A model generated the notes under the pieces. It saw only the letters and a program-made list of their open reading frames with translations. It was not told the DNA's origin and did no database searches. Below are positions 38,577 through 47,610 of a stretch of DNA of 64,000 nucleotides, one piece after another. Positions within the stretch are counted from its first letter, which is position 1, and each line of letters starts with the position of its first letter. The translations under genes were made by a program, and so were the position numbers. The stretch is from an uncultured Acidobacteriota bacterium (lineage in GTDB: Bacteria > Acidobacteriota > Thermoanaerobaculia > Multivoradales > UBA5704): contig OY969474.1 of NCBI GenBank assembly GCA_963700145.1, forward strand, positions 1,920,001-1,984,000, in the 5' to 3' direction.

Positions 38577-40667
38577 ATGCAGGTCGACAGTCCTGAGAAG
38601 ATCCGCAACCTCGCGGTGGCGGGACACAACGACACCGGCAAGACCACCCTCGTCTCGGCCCTGCTCTTCGCGGGGGGCGTGGTCAACCGGTTGGGGCGGG
38701 TCGAGGACGGCAACGCGCCGACGGACTTCGACCACGAGGAAGTGCAGCGCGGCATCTCGATCGGGCTCGGCACCGCCTTCGTGCCCTGGAAGGGCCACAA
38801 GGTCAACCTCATCGACTGCCCCGGCTACTCGATCTTCCTGACCGAGACCAAGGCCGGGATGCGGGCGGCGGACGCGGTCCTGCTCTGCGTCAACCCGGTG
38901 GCCGGCGTCGAGGTCACGACCGAGCGGGTCTGGAGCTTCGCCGAGGAGCTGGGGCTCCCCGTCCTCCTCCACCTCGCCAAGATGGACCGCGAGCGCGCCG
39001 ACTTCGACCGCGCCGTCGCCGGGCTCCAGGCGCGCTTCGGCCGCGGCGTCCTGCCGCTGCAGCTGCCGATCGGCGGCGAAGCGCGGTTCGAGGGGGTCGT
39101 CGACCTGGTGCAGAACCGCGCCTACCGCTTCGCGCGCGACGGCAACGGCCGCGCCGAGCCGGCTGAGGTGCCGGCCGAGCACGCCGCCGAGATCGACGCC
39201 TGGCGCGGGCGGCTGATCGAGGCGGTGGCCGAGACCGACGACGCGCTGATGGAAGGGTTCTTCGAGAGCGGCTCGCTCGAGCAGGCCGACTTCGAGGCGG
39301 GGCTGAAGCGCGCGATCGCGCGGCGGCAGGTCTTCCCGCTCACCCTCTCGGCGGCGGCGCACGGCATCGGCCCCGCGGCCCTCCTCGACGCGGTCGTCGC
39401 CCACGCCCCCTCTCCCGCCGAGCGCTCCGGCTTCCCGGCGACCAACGTCGGCGGCGACCCGATCGAGGCGCCGACGGGCCCCGGCGACCCGGCCGCGGCG
39501 CTGGTCTTCAAGACCATCAACGACCCGTTCACCGGCAAGCTGACGCTCTTCCGTGTGGTCTCCGGCACGCTGCGCTCCGACGCCACCGTCTACAACGCCC
39601 GCGAGGAGGAGACCGAGCGGCTCGGCCACCTGCTCGTCCTCCAGGGCAAGCAGACGGCGCCCGTCGGCCAGCTCGTGGCCGGCGACATCGGCGGCGTCGC
39701 CAAGCTCAAGCACACCCACACCGGCGACACCCTCTGCGCCAAGGAGCGGCCGGTGCGGCTGGCCTGGATCACGGTGCCGGAGCCGGCGATGGCCTTCGCG
39801 ATCAAGCCCAAGAGCAAGGGGGACGAGGAGAAGATCGGCGAGGCGATGGCGCGCCTGATGGAGGAGGACCTGACGCTGCGCGCCGGCCGCGATCCCGAGA
39901 CCCACGAGGTCCTGCTCTCCGGCACCGGCCAGCTGCACATCGAGATCGCGGTGGCGAAGCTCAAGCACCGCTACCACGTCGACGTCGAGCTGCACCAGCC
40001 GAAGGTGCCCTACCGCGAGACCATCCTGCGCCCCGCCGACGGCCACGGCCGGCACAAGAAGCAGACCGGCGGCCGCGGCCAGTTCGCCGACTGCCGGATC
40101 AAGATCGAGCCGATGCCGCGCGGCGGCGACTTCGAGTTCGTCGACGAGATCTTCGGCGGCTCGATCCCGCAGAACTACCGGCCGGCGGTCGAGAAGGGGA
40201 TCCAGGATGCCCGCCACCGTGGCTACCTCGCCGGGTACCCCGTGGTCGACTTCCGGGTCCGCCTCCTCGACGGCCAGTACCACGACGTCGACTCCTCGGA
40301 GCTGGCCTTCAAGATCGCCGGCTCGCTGGCCTGGAAGGACGCCATGCAGAGCGCCAAGCCGACGATCCTCGAGCCGATCATGAAGGTCGAGATCGCCACC
40401 AACGACGAGTTCATGGGCGACATCATGGGCGACCTCTCGCACCGCCGCGGGCGGCCGCTGGGGTTGGACTCGCAGAACGGCGCCCAGCTCATCAAGGCGC
40501 TGGTGCCGATGTCCGAGATGCTCAACTACGCCCCCGCCCTGCGCTCGATGACCCAGGGCCGGTCGAGCTTCACCATGGAGTTCTCGCACTACGAAGAGGT
40601 GCCGCGCCCGGTGCAGGAGAAGATCATCGCCGACGCGCAGAAGGCCAAGCAGGAGCAGGAGGCCTGA
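38577..40667 (+). CDS. fusA2: Elongation factor G-like protein (EF-G2 paralogue)
   Basis: GHNDTGKTT, RGISI, DCPG, GQLHIEI, KKQTGGRGQF, HDVDSSE.AF, LRSMTQGR; SD AGGAGG. Confidence 0.9.
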   Translation: MQVDSPEKIRNLAVAGHNDTGKTTLVSALLFAGGVVNRLGRVEDGNAPTDFDHEEVQRGISIGLGTAFVPWKGHKVNLIDCPGYSIFLTETKAGMRAADAVLLCVNPVAGVEVTTERVWSFAEELGLPVLLHLAKMDRERADFDRAVAGLQARFGRGVLPLQLPIGGEARFEGVVDLVQNRAYRFARDGNGRAEPAEVPAEHAAEIDAWRGRLIEAVAETDDALMEGFFESGSLEQADFEAGLKRAIARRQVFPLTLSAAAHGIGPAALLDAVVAHAPSPAERSGFPATNVGGDPIEAPTGPGDPAAALVFKTINDPFTGKLTLFRVVSGTLRSDATVYNAREEETERLGHLLVLQGKQTAPVGQLVAGDIGGVAKLKHTHTGDTLCAKERPVRLAWITVPEPAMAFAIKPKSKGDEEKIGEAMARLMEEDLTLRAGRDPETHEVLLSGTGQLHIEIAVAKLKHRYHVDVELHQPKVPYRETILRPADGHGRHKKQTGGRGQFADCRIKIEPMPRGGDFEFVDEIFGGSIPQNYRPAVEKGIQDARHRGYLAGYPVVDFRVRLLDGQYHDVDSSELAFKIAGSLAWKDAMQSAKPTILEPIMKVEIATNDEFMGDIMGDLSHRRGRPLGLDSQNGAQLIKALVPMSEMLNYAPALRSMTQGRSSFTMEFSHYEEVPRPVQEKIIADAQKAKQEQEA

Positions 40668-41137
40668 CCCCACTTCGCACGCTGCGCCGCCGCCTCGTCC
40701 TGCTCCTCGTCGTCTACTTCTTCGCCGGGGGCGCCAGCCAGAAGCTGGTGCCCGGGGTGGACGAGATCTTCCCCTTCTTCGGCTGGTCGCTCTTCTCGAA
40801 GGTCCCCAACGACGAAAGCCGGTACTGGATCGTCATCGACCGCCACGACGGCCGGCCGGTCGAGCCTCCCGTCTCCTTCCTCCACGCCCCCGAGTCGATC
40901 GTCGGCGGCAACCGCTGGGTCGGCCGCAAGGTGATCCAGCGGCTGGGCCGGGCGTTCGACAAGGGCCGGACCGGCGAGGTCGCCGACCTCCGCCGGCTGC
41001 TCGAGCAGAACTACCTGCGGGGCCAAGTGCGCTACGAGCTCCTCTTCGGGCGCTACGACCCGCTGGAGAAGTGGAAGACGGGCGAGAGCCGAGAGACCAG
41101 ACGCCTGGCGAGCTTCGAGAGCGGCGACGCGGAATGA
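40664..41137 (+). CDS. Hypothetical membrane-anchored protein
   Basis: Frame open from CTG 40664 with TM segment RRLVLLLVVYFFAGG and EIFPFFGWSLFS; ATGA overlap with the next gene. Confidence 0.6.
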   Translation: MTPLRTLRRRLVLLLVVYFFAGGASQKLVPGVDEIFPFFGWSLFSKVPNDESRYWIVIDRHDGRPVEPPVSFLHAPESIVGGNRWVGRKVIQRLGRAFDKGRTGEVADLRRLLEQNYLRGQVRYELLFGRYDPLEKWKTGESRETRRLASFESGDAE

Positions 41138-42147
41138 AGCGCAAGGGCCGCCTCGAGGCGATCGCGGCGTTCTTCCGCCCGCGGCACGCCGTGCCGTGGG
41201 CGGAGCGGACGGCGCTCCTGGCGAGCCGGGAGAGGTTCGCCGCCGCCCGGGCGCTCGTCTCGGCCTTCTACGCCGTGCTGCTCTTCTTCGCTCTGAGCAA
41301 CCTCTTCTCCTGGCAGGACTTCCTCAACGCGACGGAGCTCACGCCCCGCTGGCCGCTCTTCTGGCTGCGCTTCGTGGACCTCCATGCCGGCATCGTCTTC
41401 GTCCTCTGGTTCCACCTCCTCGGCGGCCTTCTCGGCGTCGTCGCTCCCGGCTCCCGCCTCGCGCGCATCCTGGTCTTCTGCTCCTGGCTGGAGTTCCTGG
41501 CGCTCCGCTACTCGTTCGGGTCCATCAACCACGGCGACCACCTGGGGCTCCTCCTCACCTTCGTCCTCATCTTCCTGCCGCCGGGGTGGAGCTCCAGCCG
41601 GACGCCCGGGCGGTCCGTGCGCACCGCGACGCTGCTCGTCTTCTCCGGCTGCCAGGCGATGATCATGCTGACCTACAGCATGTCGGGGATGTGGAAGGCG
41701 GGCGGGGTGGTGCAACAGGCGATCGAAGGGGAGGTCACCTACCTCGCCCCCTCGGCGCTCGCCCGGCAGGTGGCGGCCAAGCTCCTCTCCGACGAGTCCT
41801 CCGGCCTCCTCGGTCCCTGGCTGATCGAGCACGCCTGGGTGGGCTGGCCGCTGATGATCGCCGCCCTCTACCTGGAGCTCTTCGCGCTGTGGGCCGTGCC
41901 GCGCCCGTCGCTGCACCGCGGCTGGGGCCTGGGCCTCATCCTGCTCCACGTCGCCACCCACCTGACGATGGGCGTCGGGTTCCCCCAGAACCCCCTCTGG
42001 CTCGCCCTCTTCCTCGTCTTCTCGCCGTTCCGCCCGCAGCCGTCGCCCGGCTGGCGCCGGGCCCTGCGCGATCTGCCCCTCGTGGGGCGGTGGCTGGGGC
42101 CCTCTGGTACTCTCGCGCCGGTGACACGCAAAAGCAGCTCTCTGTAG
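41134..42147 (+). CDS. Multi-pass membrane protein (HTTM-like)
   Basis: Several TM helices, YSFGSINH, YSMSGMWK, LLHVATHLTMGVGF. Confidence 0.65.
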   Translation: MKRKGRLEAIAAFFRPRHAVPWAERTALLASRERFAAARALVSAFYAVLLFFALSNLFSWQDFLNATELTPRWPLFWLRFVDLHAGIVFVLWFHLLGGLLGVVAPGSRLARILVFCSWLEFLALRYSFGSINHGDHLGLLLTFVLIFLPPGWSSSRTPGRSVRTATLLVFSGCQAMIMLTYSMSGMWKAGGVVQQAIEGEVTYLAPSALARQVAAKLLSDESSGLLGPWLIEHAWVGWPLMIAALYLELFALWAVPRPSLHRGWGLGLILLHVATHLTMGVGFPQNPLWLALFLVFSPFRPQPSPGWRRALRDLPLVGRWLGPSGTLAPVTRKSSSL

Positions 42148-42160
42148 GAGGTTTTAGCCC

Positions 42161-42718
42161 TTGGTTCAAGCCACTCAGCTCCGCGCCGGCATGTGCATCC
42201 TCTTCGAGAAGGACATCTGCCGCATCATGTCGGTCCAGCACGTCACCCCCGGCAACTGGCGGGGGTTCGTCCAGGCGCGCATGAGGAGCCTCAAGAGCGG
42301 CAACAGCTTCGAGCACCGCTTCGGCTCGACCGAGCGGGTGGAGCGGGCGATCCTCGACACCCACCCGATGGAGTACCTCTACTCCGACTCCTCCGGCCAC
42401 CACTTCATGAACCAGGAGAACTACGAGCAGGTGGCCCTCGAAGACGAGACGCTGGGCACCTCCATGCTCTACCTGCTGCCCAACACGGTCATCAAGGTGG
42501 ACTTCCACGAGGGTCAGCCGGTGGGCATCGAGCTCCCCAACACGGTCACCCTGGAGGTCGTCGAGACCGACCCGCCGCTGCGCGGCGCCACCGCCAGCGC
42601 CTCGTACAAGCCGGCCAAGATGGAGACCGGCCTGGTGGTGCAGGTGCCGCCCTTCATCGAGGTGGGGACCAAGATCCTCATCGACACGCGCGAGGACAAG
42701 TACCTGAGCCGCGGGTAG
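42161..42718 (+). CDS. efp: Elongation factor P
   Basis: HVTPGNWRGFVQ, YLYSD, FMN.ENYEQ, TDP..RGATAS..KPA.METG..VQVP.FI..G..I.IDTR; TTG start after AGGAGG. Confidence 0.96.
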   Translation: MVQATQLRAGMCILFEKDICRIMSVQHVTPGNWRGFVQARMRSLKSGNSFEHRFGSTERVERAILDTHPMEYLYSDSSGHHFMNQENYEQVALEDETLGTSMLYLLPNTVIKVDFHEGQPVGIELPNTVTLEVVETDPPLRGATASASYKPAKMETGLVVQVPPFIEVGTKILIDTREDKYLSRG

Positions 42719-42745
42719 CGCCCGGGCCACGTCCCGGGCGTTCTT

Positions 42746-43450
42746 ATGGACCCCAACCTCGTCCTCCTCGGCCTGACCTGGTTCGTGGTCTTCCTCTTCT
42801 CGACCACACTGCACGAGGCCGGGCACGCGCTGGCCGCCAAGAAGCTCGGCGACCCCACCGCCTACCACGGCGGGCAAGTCTCCCTCTCGCCGTTCCCGCA
42901 CATCAAGCGCGAGCCGTTCGGCATGGTGCTGGTGCCGCTGCTCTCCTTCGTCCTGTCGCGCGGCGGCTGGATGATGGGCTGGGCGAGCGCCCCCTACGAC
43001 CCCATGTGGGCGCACCGGCACCCGCGGCGCGCGGCGCTCATGGCGCTGGCCGGCCCGGCGGCGAACCTGCTGCTGGTGATCGTGGCCGGGGGGCTGATCC
43101 GGCTGGGGGTGGCGACCGGGGCCTACCGGGTGCCGGAGTTCGTGACCTTCACGGCCGTGACCCAGCCGGCGGCGGAGGGGCTGGCGGCGGCCGCGGTGCT
43201 GCCGCTCTCGATCTTCTTCACCCTCAACCTCGTCCTCTTCGTCTTCAACCTGCTCCCCCTACCCCCCCTCGACGGCAGCGCCGCCATCGCCATCCTGATG
43301 CCCGACGAGATGGCCCGTCGCTACCAGGAGTTCCTCCACAACCCCAGCTTCTCCTTCCTCGGCATCCTCATCGCCTGGCGCCTCTTCAACCCGGTCTTCG
43401 ACCCGGTGCACACGGTGGCGCTGCGGCTGCTATACCTGGGCGCGTTATAG
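42746..43450 (+). CDS. Site-2 protease (M50) family
   Basis: LHEAGH, AGPAAN, FNLLPLPPLDG. Confidence 0.92.
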   Translation: MDPNLVLLGLTWFVVFLFSTTLHEAGHALAAKKLGDPTAYHGGQVSLSPFPHIKREPFGMVLVPLLSFVLSRGGWMMGWASAPYDPMWAHRHPRRAALMALAGPAANLLLVIVAGGLIRLGVATGAYRVPEFVTFTAVTQPAAEGLAAAAVLPLSIFFTLNLVLFVFNLLPLPPLDGSAAIAILMPDEMARRYQEFLHNPSFSFLGILIAWRLFNPVFDPVHTVALRLLYLGAL

Positions 43451-43557
43451 GGCGCTGCGCTACCTCTGCCGGTGACGCACCGTGCAGACGGTTCACTCGG
43501 GGCAGCATCCAACATTGAAGGTCAAACCTAGAGACTCTAAACAAGGAAGCACTTAGC

Positions 43558-45183
43558 ATGGACGGAATCACGCCAGACATTGTTGCACGCCTCGATCTTG
43601 CGGCAGCGATGCAACAGGCTTGCGTTCCAAATGATCTACTGCCTTCGCGAGAGGAGGATCGCGTGGGCGGAGAACTCGGCAAGCGCTATGCGGAACACCT
43701 CCGCAAGCAGTTAGAGGAGGGGCGTTACGAACCCGACCCCGCCTCCTTTGTGCCAGTTCCCAAGCCAGGCTTCACATCCCGCCCCGCCGCACTCCTTACG
43801 CTGACCGATCGAGTGCTTTACGAGGCGCTCGTATCCCTTCTTCGCCCTCGTCTCGCGAAGGTCCTTTTGGATCCTGAGGTCGTTCTATGGCCTCGTGAAA
43901 CGTATGTGGAGAAGCGCTGGGCAGAGTTCGAAGGCGCCCCTCTCACCGTTTCTACTGCCTACGTCGTGCAAGCTGACGTAGCTGGTTTCTACGAGACGAT
44001 CAGTCACGACCAGCTTGAGGATGATCTCGTGCAATTGACTGGCGAGAGGCAGGTCGCCAAAGCCATTAGCGCGTTCCTTTCTCGCGTCATGAACTCTCCA
44101 CGCGGCCTTCCCCAGGGCCTCCTCCCATCGGACACACTCGCCACCACATATCTGCAACCTCTCGACGCTGCCCTCTTGCGACAAGGCTTCCACCACTGGA
44201 GGCACGGTGACGACATCCGCGTGGCCGCTGATACCATCCCCGATGCACGGGAAAGCATCGCGTTGATCGAGCACGAACTGCGAAACCGCGGACTCCTAGT
44301 GAGTGGCTCCAAGTGCGCCATTATCACTCGCGAGAACTACGAGGCAAGTCTGTTGGCTAGCGACGCTGCGCTTAGCGCAGCGCGCGAGAGCCTTCTGGCA
44401 GCAAGGATTGAGGAGGTCGCCAGTGATGATGAGGAGTTAATCTCTGCCATGGAGAAGGCGCAGCTCGACGAGGATGTGAGCTGGGCTCTGTTCTACCATA
44501 TGTCTATTTCGATCGACGAAGTGATCGACATGCTCCGAGAACATCTGCAGCCCACCGACATCGAGGTCGCACAAGAGGTCTTCTTGGAAACTGTCCGGCA
44601 TGGCCCCGGAAGTCAAGATCCGTTGCCGAAAGAGCAGTTTCATGCGCAAATCACCCGCTCGCTATTGCGCTTAGCCGCGGCCAGGTCTCCTGTTGGCCTG
44701 CGGAAGGCGGCATGGTTGACGGAAACATTTCCCGAGAAGACAGGGCTAGTATGCACCTACCTTCAAGCGATGATGCGATCACACTCGCTTCAGGCTGTGC
44801 GCCAAGCGGAGAAGGTATTGCTCTCTGCGGCGTTCACTACGGCGTGGCAGCAAGCGTGGCTTCTCAGGGTGTTAGGTCTCGGTTCGGAACGTATCGCACC
44901 TGCCACGGTCGAGCGCTTGGAGGCGATAGCCAACGACGAAGCTGCTCACTGGCTTGCCCGAGTAGAAGCAATGAAAGTGCTGGCTCGCCTTAACCGACTC
45001 GATCGTGACACCGTGCTTCGAAGCTGGAGACTAGCACCACGGCCATATAGGAGTGATCTGTTGGAAGCGACCGCCTTTCTGCGGGACTCGGAAGAATGGG
45101 CACGAAGGTTCCTCAAGGGAACGCAGCTGGATCCTGTCGAGAAGGTGGTCGTGAGTCACTTGACGAGCCAAGCGCGCACCTAA
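43558..45183 (+). CDS. Stand-alone reverse transcriptase, probably UG/Abi (DRT-like) class, with C-terminal alpha-helical repeat domain
   Basis: VPKPGFTSRP, ADVAGFYETISH, GLPQG..PSD.LA..YL..LD, WRHGDDI, GL....SK; about 280-aa helical C-terminus; visibly lower GC than neighbours. Confidence 0.88.
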   Translation: MDGITPDIVARLDLAAAMQQACVPNDLLPSREEDRVGGELGKRYAEHLRKQLEEGRYEPDPASFVPVPKPGFTSRPAALLTLTDRVLYEALVSLLRPRLAKVLLDPEVVLWPRETYVEKRWAEFEGAPLTVSTAYVVQADVAGFYETISHDQLEDDLVQLTGERQVAKAISAFLSRVMNSPRGLPQGLLPSDTLATTYLQPLDAALLRQGFHHWRHGDDIRVAADTIPDARESIALIEHELRNRGLLVSGSKCAIITRENYEASLLASDAALSAARESLLAARIEEVASDDEELISAMEKAQLDEDVSWALFYHMSISIDEVIDMLREHLQPTDIEVAQEVFLETVRHGPGSQDPLPKEQFHAQITRSLLRLAAARSPVGLRKAAWLTETFPEKTGLVCTYLQAMMRSHSLQAVRQAEKVLLSAAFTTAWQQAWLLRVLGLGSERIAPATVERLEAIANDEAAHWLARVEAMKVLARLNRLDRDTVLRSWRLAPRPYRSDLLEATAFLRDSEEWARRFLKGTQLDPVEKVVVSHLTSQART

Positions 45184-45188
45184 AAAGG

Positions 45189-46647
45189 GGGGTTGTCCCT
45201 CCCGCTGTTGAAAGAGCAATGAGGTGAAGGCGGCTCCTCGGCCCACCTGATCGAGAATCGGGTTGGTCGAATAACCGGCCCCGCCAGGGGGCCAAGGAGC
45301 CGTGATGAAGACGAGAGCAGAAAGGCGGGTGGTGTGGCAAGGGGGCCGTGCGGCGCGCATCAGCCACGGGCTACAAGCGCTGCTGCGGCCGATGGTCGAG
45401 GGCATCGAGGCCAGCCGCCAGGGGCTGCTGGAGCTGTTTCACGCCGCGGGCGTCGAGGCCCTGGGGCGGCAGCTCGCGGACGAGGTCGAGGCCGTCGTCG
45501 GTCCGAAGCGTCGGCGCAATCCGACCCGCGAGGCGTACCGCTGGGGCTCGACGGCGAGCGAGTTCGTGCTGGGTGGCCGCCAGGTGGCGCTGCCGCGACC
45601 GCGCGTCCGGCGACGCGACGGTGGCGAGATGAGCTTGCCTTCGGTGCGCGCCTTTCAGGACGAAGATCCCTTCACGGAGCGGGTGATCGAGCAGGCGCTG
45701 GTCGGCGTCTCGCAGCGCCGCTACGGTCGGAGCTTGGAGCCGCTCGCAGAGTCGGTGCCGGAGCGCGCGACGAGCAAGAGTGCGGTCCAGCGCCGGCTGG
45801 TGGCGGGGACGCGTCGTCTGCTGGGCGCGTGGCTGCGCCGAGACCTGTCGGACTTCCAGCCCCTGATCCTGATGATCGACGGGCTGGAGGTGGCCGGCCA
45901 CACCCTGGTGGTGGCACTCGGCATCGCGCGCGACGGGACCAAGCGGGTGCTCGGCCTGCGTGAAGGCGCGACGGAGAACGCGGCGCTCTGTACCGGCCTG
46001 CTCCAGGAGCTGTTGGAGCGAGGCCTCGCGATGCCGCCGCGCTTCTTGGCGGTGCTCGACGGCGGCAAGGGGCTGCGCAAGGCCGTGCGCGCCGTCTTCG
46101 GGGACGCAACCCACGTCCAGCGCTGCCAGCTCCACAAGCGCCGCAACGTCCGCGACCACCTGCCCAAGCAGCTCCAAGCCCGGGTCGACCGCCTGATGGT
46201 CGAGGCCTACCAGAGCGCTCGCTTCGACCTCGCCAAGCGTCGCCTCGAGCAGCTTGCCCGCTGGCTCGAGCACGCAGGCCACGCGGGCGCCGCGGGCAGC
46301 CTGCGCGAGGGCCTCGACGAGACCCTCACCGCCTTGCGGCTGAAGCTGCCCGACGCTCTGCGCCGGTTGCTCGCCTCGACCAACGCGATCGAGAACACGA
46401 TCGGCTCGATCCGTACGACGACGCGCAACGTCAAGCGCTGGCGCGGCGGCGACATGGTGCTGCGCTGGGTCGCCCTGGCGCTGTGTGACGCGGAGGCTGG
46501 CTTCCGGCGTGTCAAGGGACATCGGCACCTCGGGGCTCTCGAGCTCGCGCTCGCGGCGATCGAGGAACCGACGAACACCAAGGCCGTGGCATGATCAACC
46601 GAGCCGCTTTCCCTCTTTCGGCTTTCAACAGGGAACGGGGCATCCCC
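45189..46647 (+). mobile_element. IS256-family insertion sequence
   Basis: Imperfect 26-bp terminal IRs GGGGTTGTCCCTCCCGCTGTTGAAAG and GGGGATGCCCCGTTCCCTGTTGAAAG (rc); 9-bp direct repeat CTAAAAAGG at 45180-45188 and 46648-46656. Confidence 0.9.
45302..46594 (+). CDS. IS256-family (Mutator-like) DDE transposase
   Basis: GVSQRRY, LMIDG, VALGI..DG.KRVLG, LDGGKGL, QRCQLHK.RN, STNAIE. Confidence 0.93.
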   Translation: MMKTRAERRVVWQGGRAARISHGLQALLRPMVEGIEASRQGLLELFHAAGVEALGRQLADEVEAVVGPKRRRNPTREAYRWGSTASEFVLGGRQVALPRPRVRRRDGGEMSLPSVRAFQDEDPFTERVIEQALVGVSQRRYGRSLEPLAESVPERATSKSAVQRRLVAGTRRLLGAWLRRDLSDFQPLILMIDGLEVAGHTLVVALGIARDGTKRVLGLREGATENAALCTGLLQELLERGLAMPPRFLAVLDGGKGLRKAVRAVFGDATHVQRCQLHKRRNVRDHLPKQLQARVDRLMVEAYQSARFDLAKRRLEQLARWLEHAGHAGAAGSLREGLDETLTALRLKLPDALRRLLASTNAIENTIGSIRTTTRNVKRWRGGDMVLRWVALALCDAEAGFRRVKGHRHLGALELALAAIEEPTNTKAVA

Positions 46648-46748
46648 CTAAAAAGGTTCACAACCAGACTTCTCCTTCCTCGGTACCCTTATCGCCTAGC
46701 CCGGTAAGGCTTCCGGAACGCGCCGAAGGCTTGGCCAAGTGGGGGCGT

Positions 46749-47330
46749 TCAGCGGACGAAGTAGCGGTAGTGCCCGGTGACCTCGTAGGCGAAGAGGATG
46801 TCCTCGAGCCGCGTGCCGGCGCCGATGTTGTGGACGACGAGGCGGCGGTCGGTGCGCGCGACGGGGCGGTCGGAGGTGATGCCGACGTGGGGCACTCCCG
46901 AGGGCAGGCGCCAGGTGACGACGTCGCCCGGTAGATAGTCGGCGCCGCGGCTTGTGACCGGCACGGCCTTGCCGCCGCGGCGGAAGAAGGTGGCCAGGTT
47001 CGGCACGCGGCGGTGGTCGATGTTGGGATCGGGGCGGCGCAGGCCCCAAAGACGGGGGTAGGCGTCGAAGTGGGCCTTCATGTCCTCGTGCACGAGCACC
47101 TGCAGGTCGGTGCCGGCGCGGCGGAAGGCGCGGACGACGACGTCGGTGCAGACGCCGGTCGCGAGCGGCACGTCGCCGCCCGGGTAGGCGATACGGCGGT
47201 AGCTCGGGTCGTAGCCGGGGGTCCTCCCCACCTGCTCCACCGCCCCCGCGACCAGCGCGGCGACACCGGCCTCCTGCGCCAAGGCGGGGGCCAGCGCGAC
47301 GACGACCAGGAAGGCGAAGGCGCGCCTCAC
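46749..47330 (-). CDS. DUF1287 domain protein
   Basis: YDPSY..IAYPGGDVP...GVCTDVVVRA.R..G.DLQ.LVHEDM, DPNIDHRRVPNL..FF.R, VHNIG.G. Confidence 0.88.
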   Translation of the reverse strand: MRRAFAFLVVVALAPALAQEAGVAALVAGAVEQVGRTPGYDPSYRRIAYPGGDVPLATGVCTDVVVRAFRRAGTDLQVLVHEDMKAHFDAYPRLWGLRRPDPNIDHRRVPNLATFFRRGGKAVPVTSRGADYLPGDVVTWRLPSGVPHVGITSDRPVARTDRRLVVHNIGAGTRLEDILFAYEVTGHYRYFVR

Positions 47331-47339
47331 AGGGGTTGA

Positions 47340-47531
47340 TCAGGAGGACCGGGGAGCCTCTCCGATAGGGGGCTGCGAGGCCTGGATCTCCGCCAGGTCG
47401 TCGGCAAAGCGAGGGTCCGGCGCGCCGAGCTGCCGCAGCCGCTCGACCAGCTCGCGAAGGGTGACGCGGCGGCTCGGCGACGCAGGCGAGAATCGTCTTG
47501 TGGCCTCGGTCGCGGTGACTCTTTTGTCCAT
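47340..47531 (-). pseudogene. Internally deleted Phd/YefM-like antitoxin; toxin partner missing
   Basis: MDKRVTATEATRRFS N-terminus joined directly to a TLRELVERL...DPRFADDL.EI...QPP C-terminus. Confidence 0.55.
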
Positions 47532-47610
47532 CACCACGACGGTACTCTGAAGAATCAGATTGCCGCAAGGCGCGGGACCGCCCTCCGGGCTGCGCCGGGG
47601 GGCCTCCGGC

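Noticed and set aside
43558-45183. Group II intron, retron or DGR
   Set aside because: No room for intron RNA domains, no maturase/HNH domain, no retron VTG motif or effector, and no TR/VR repeat pair seen.
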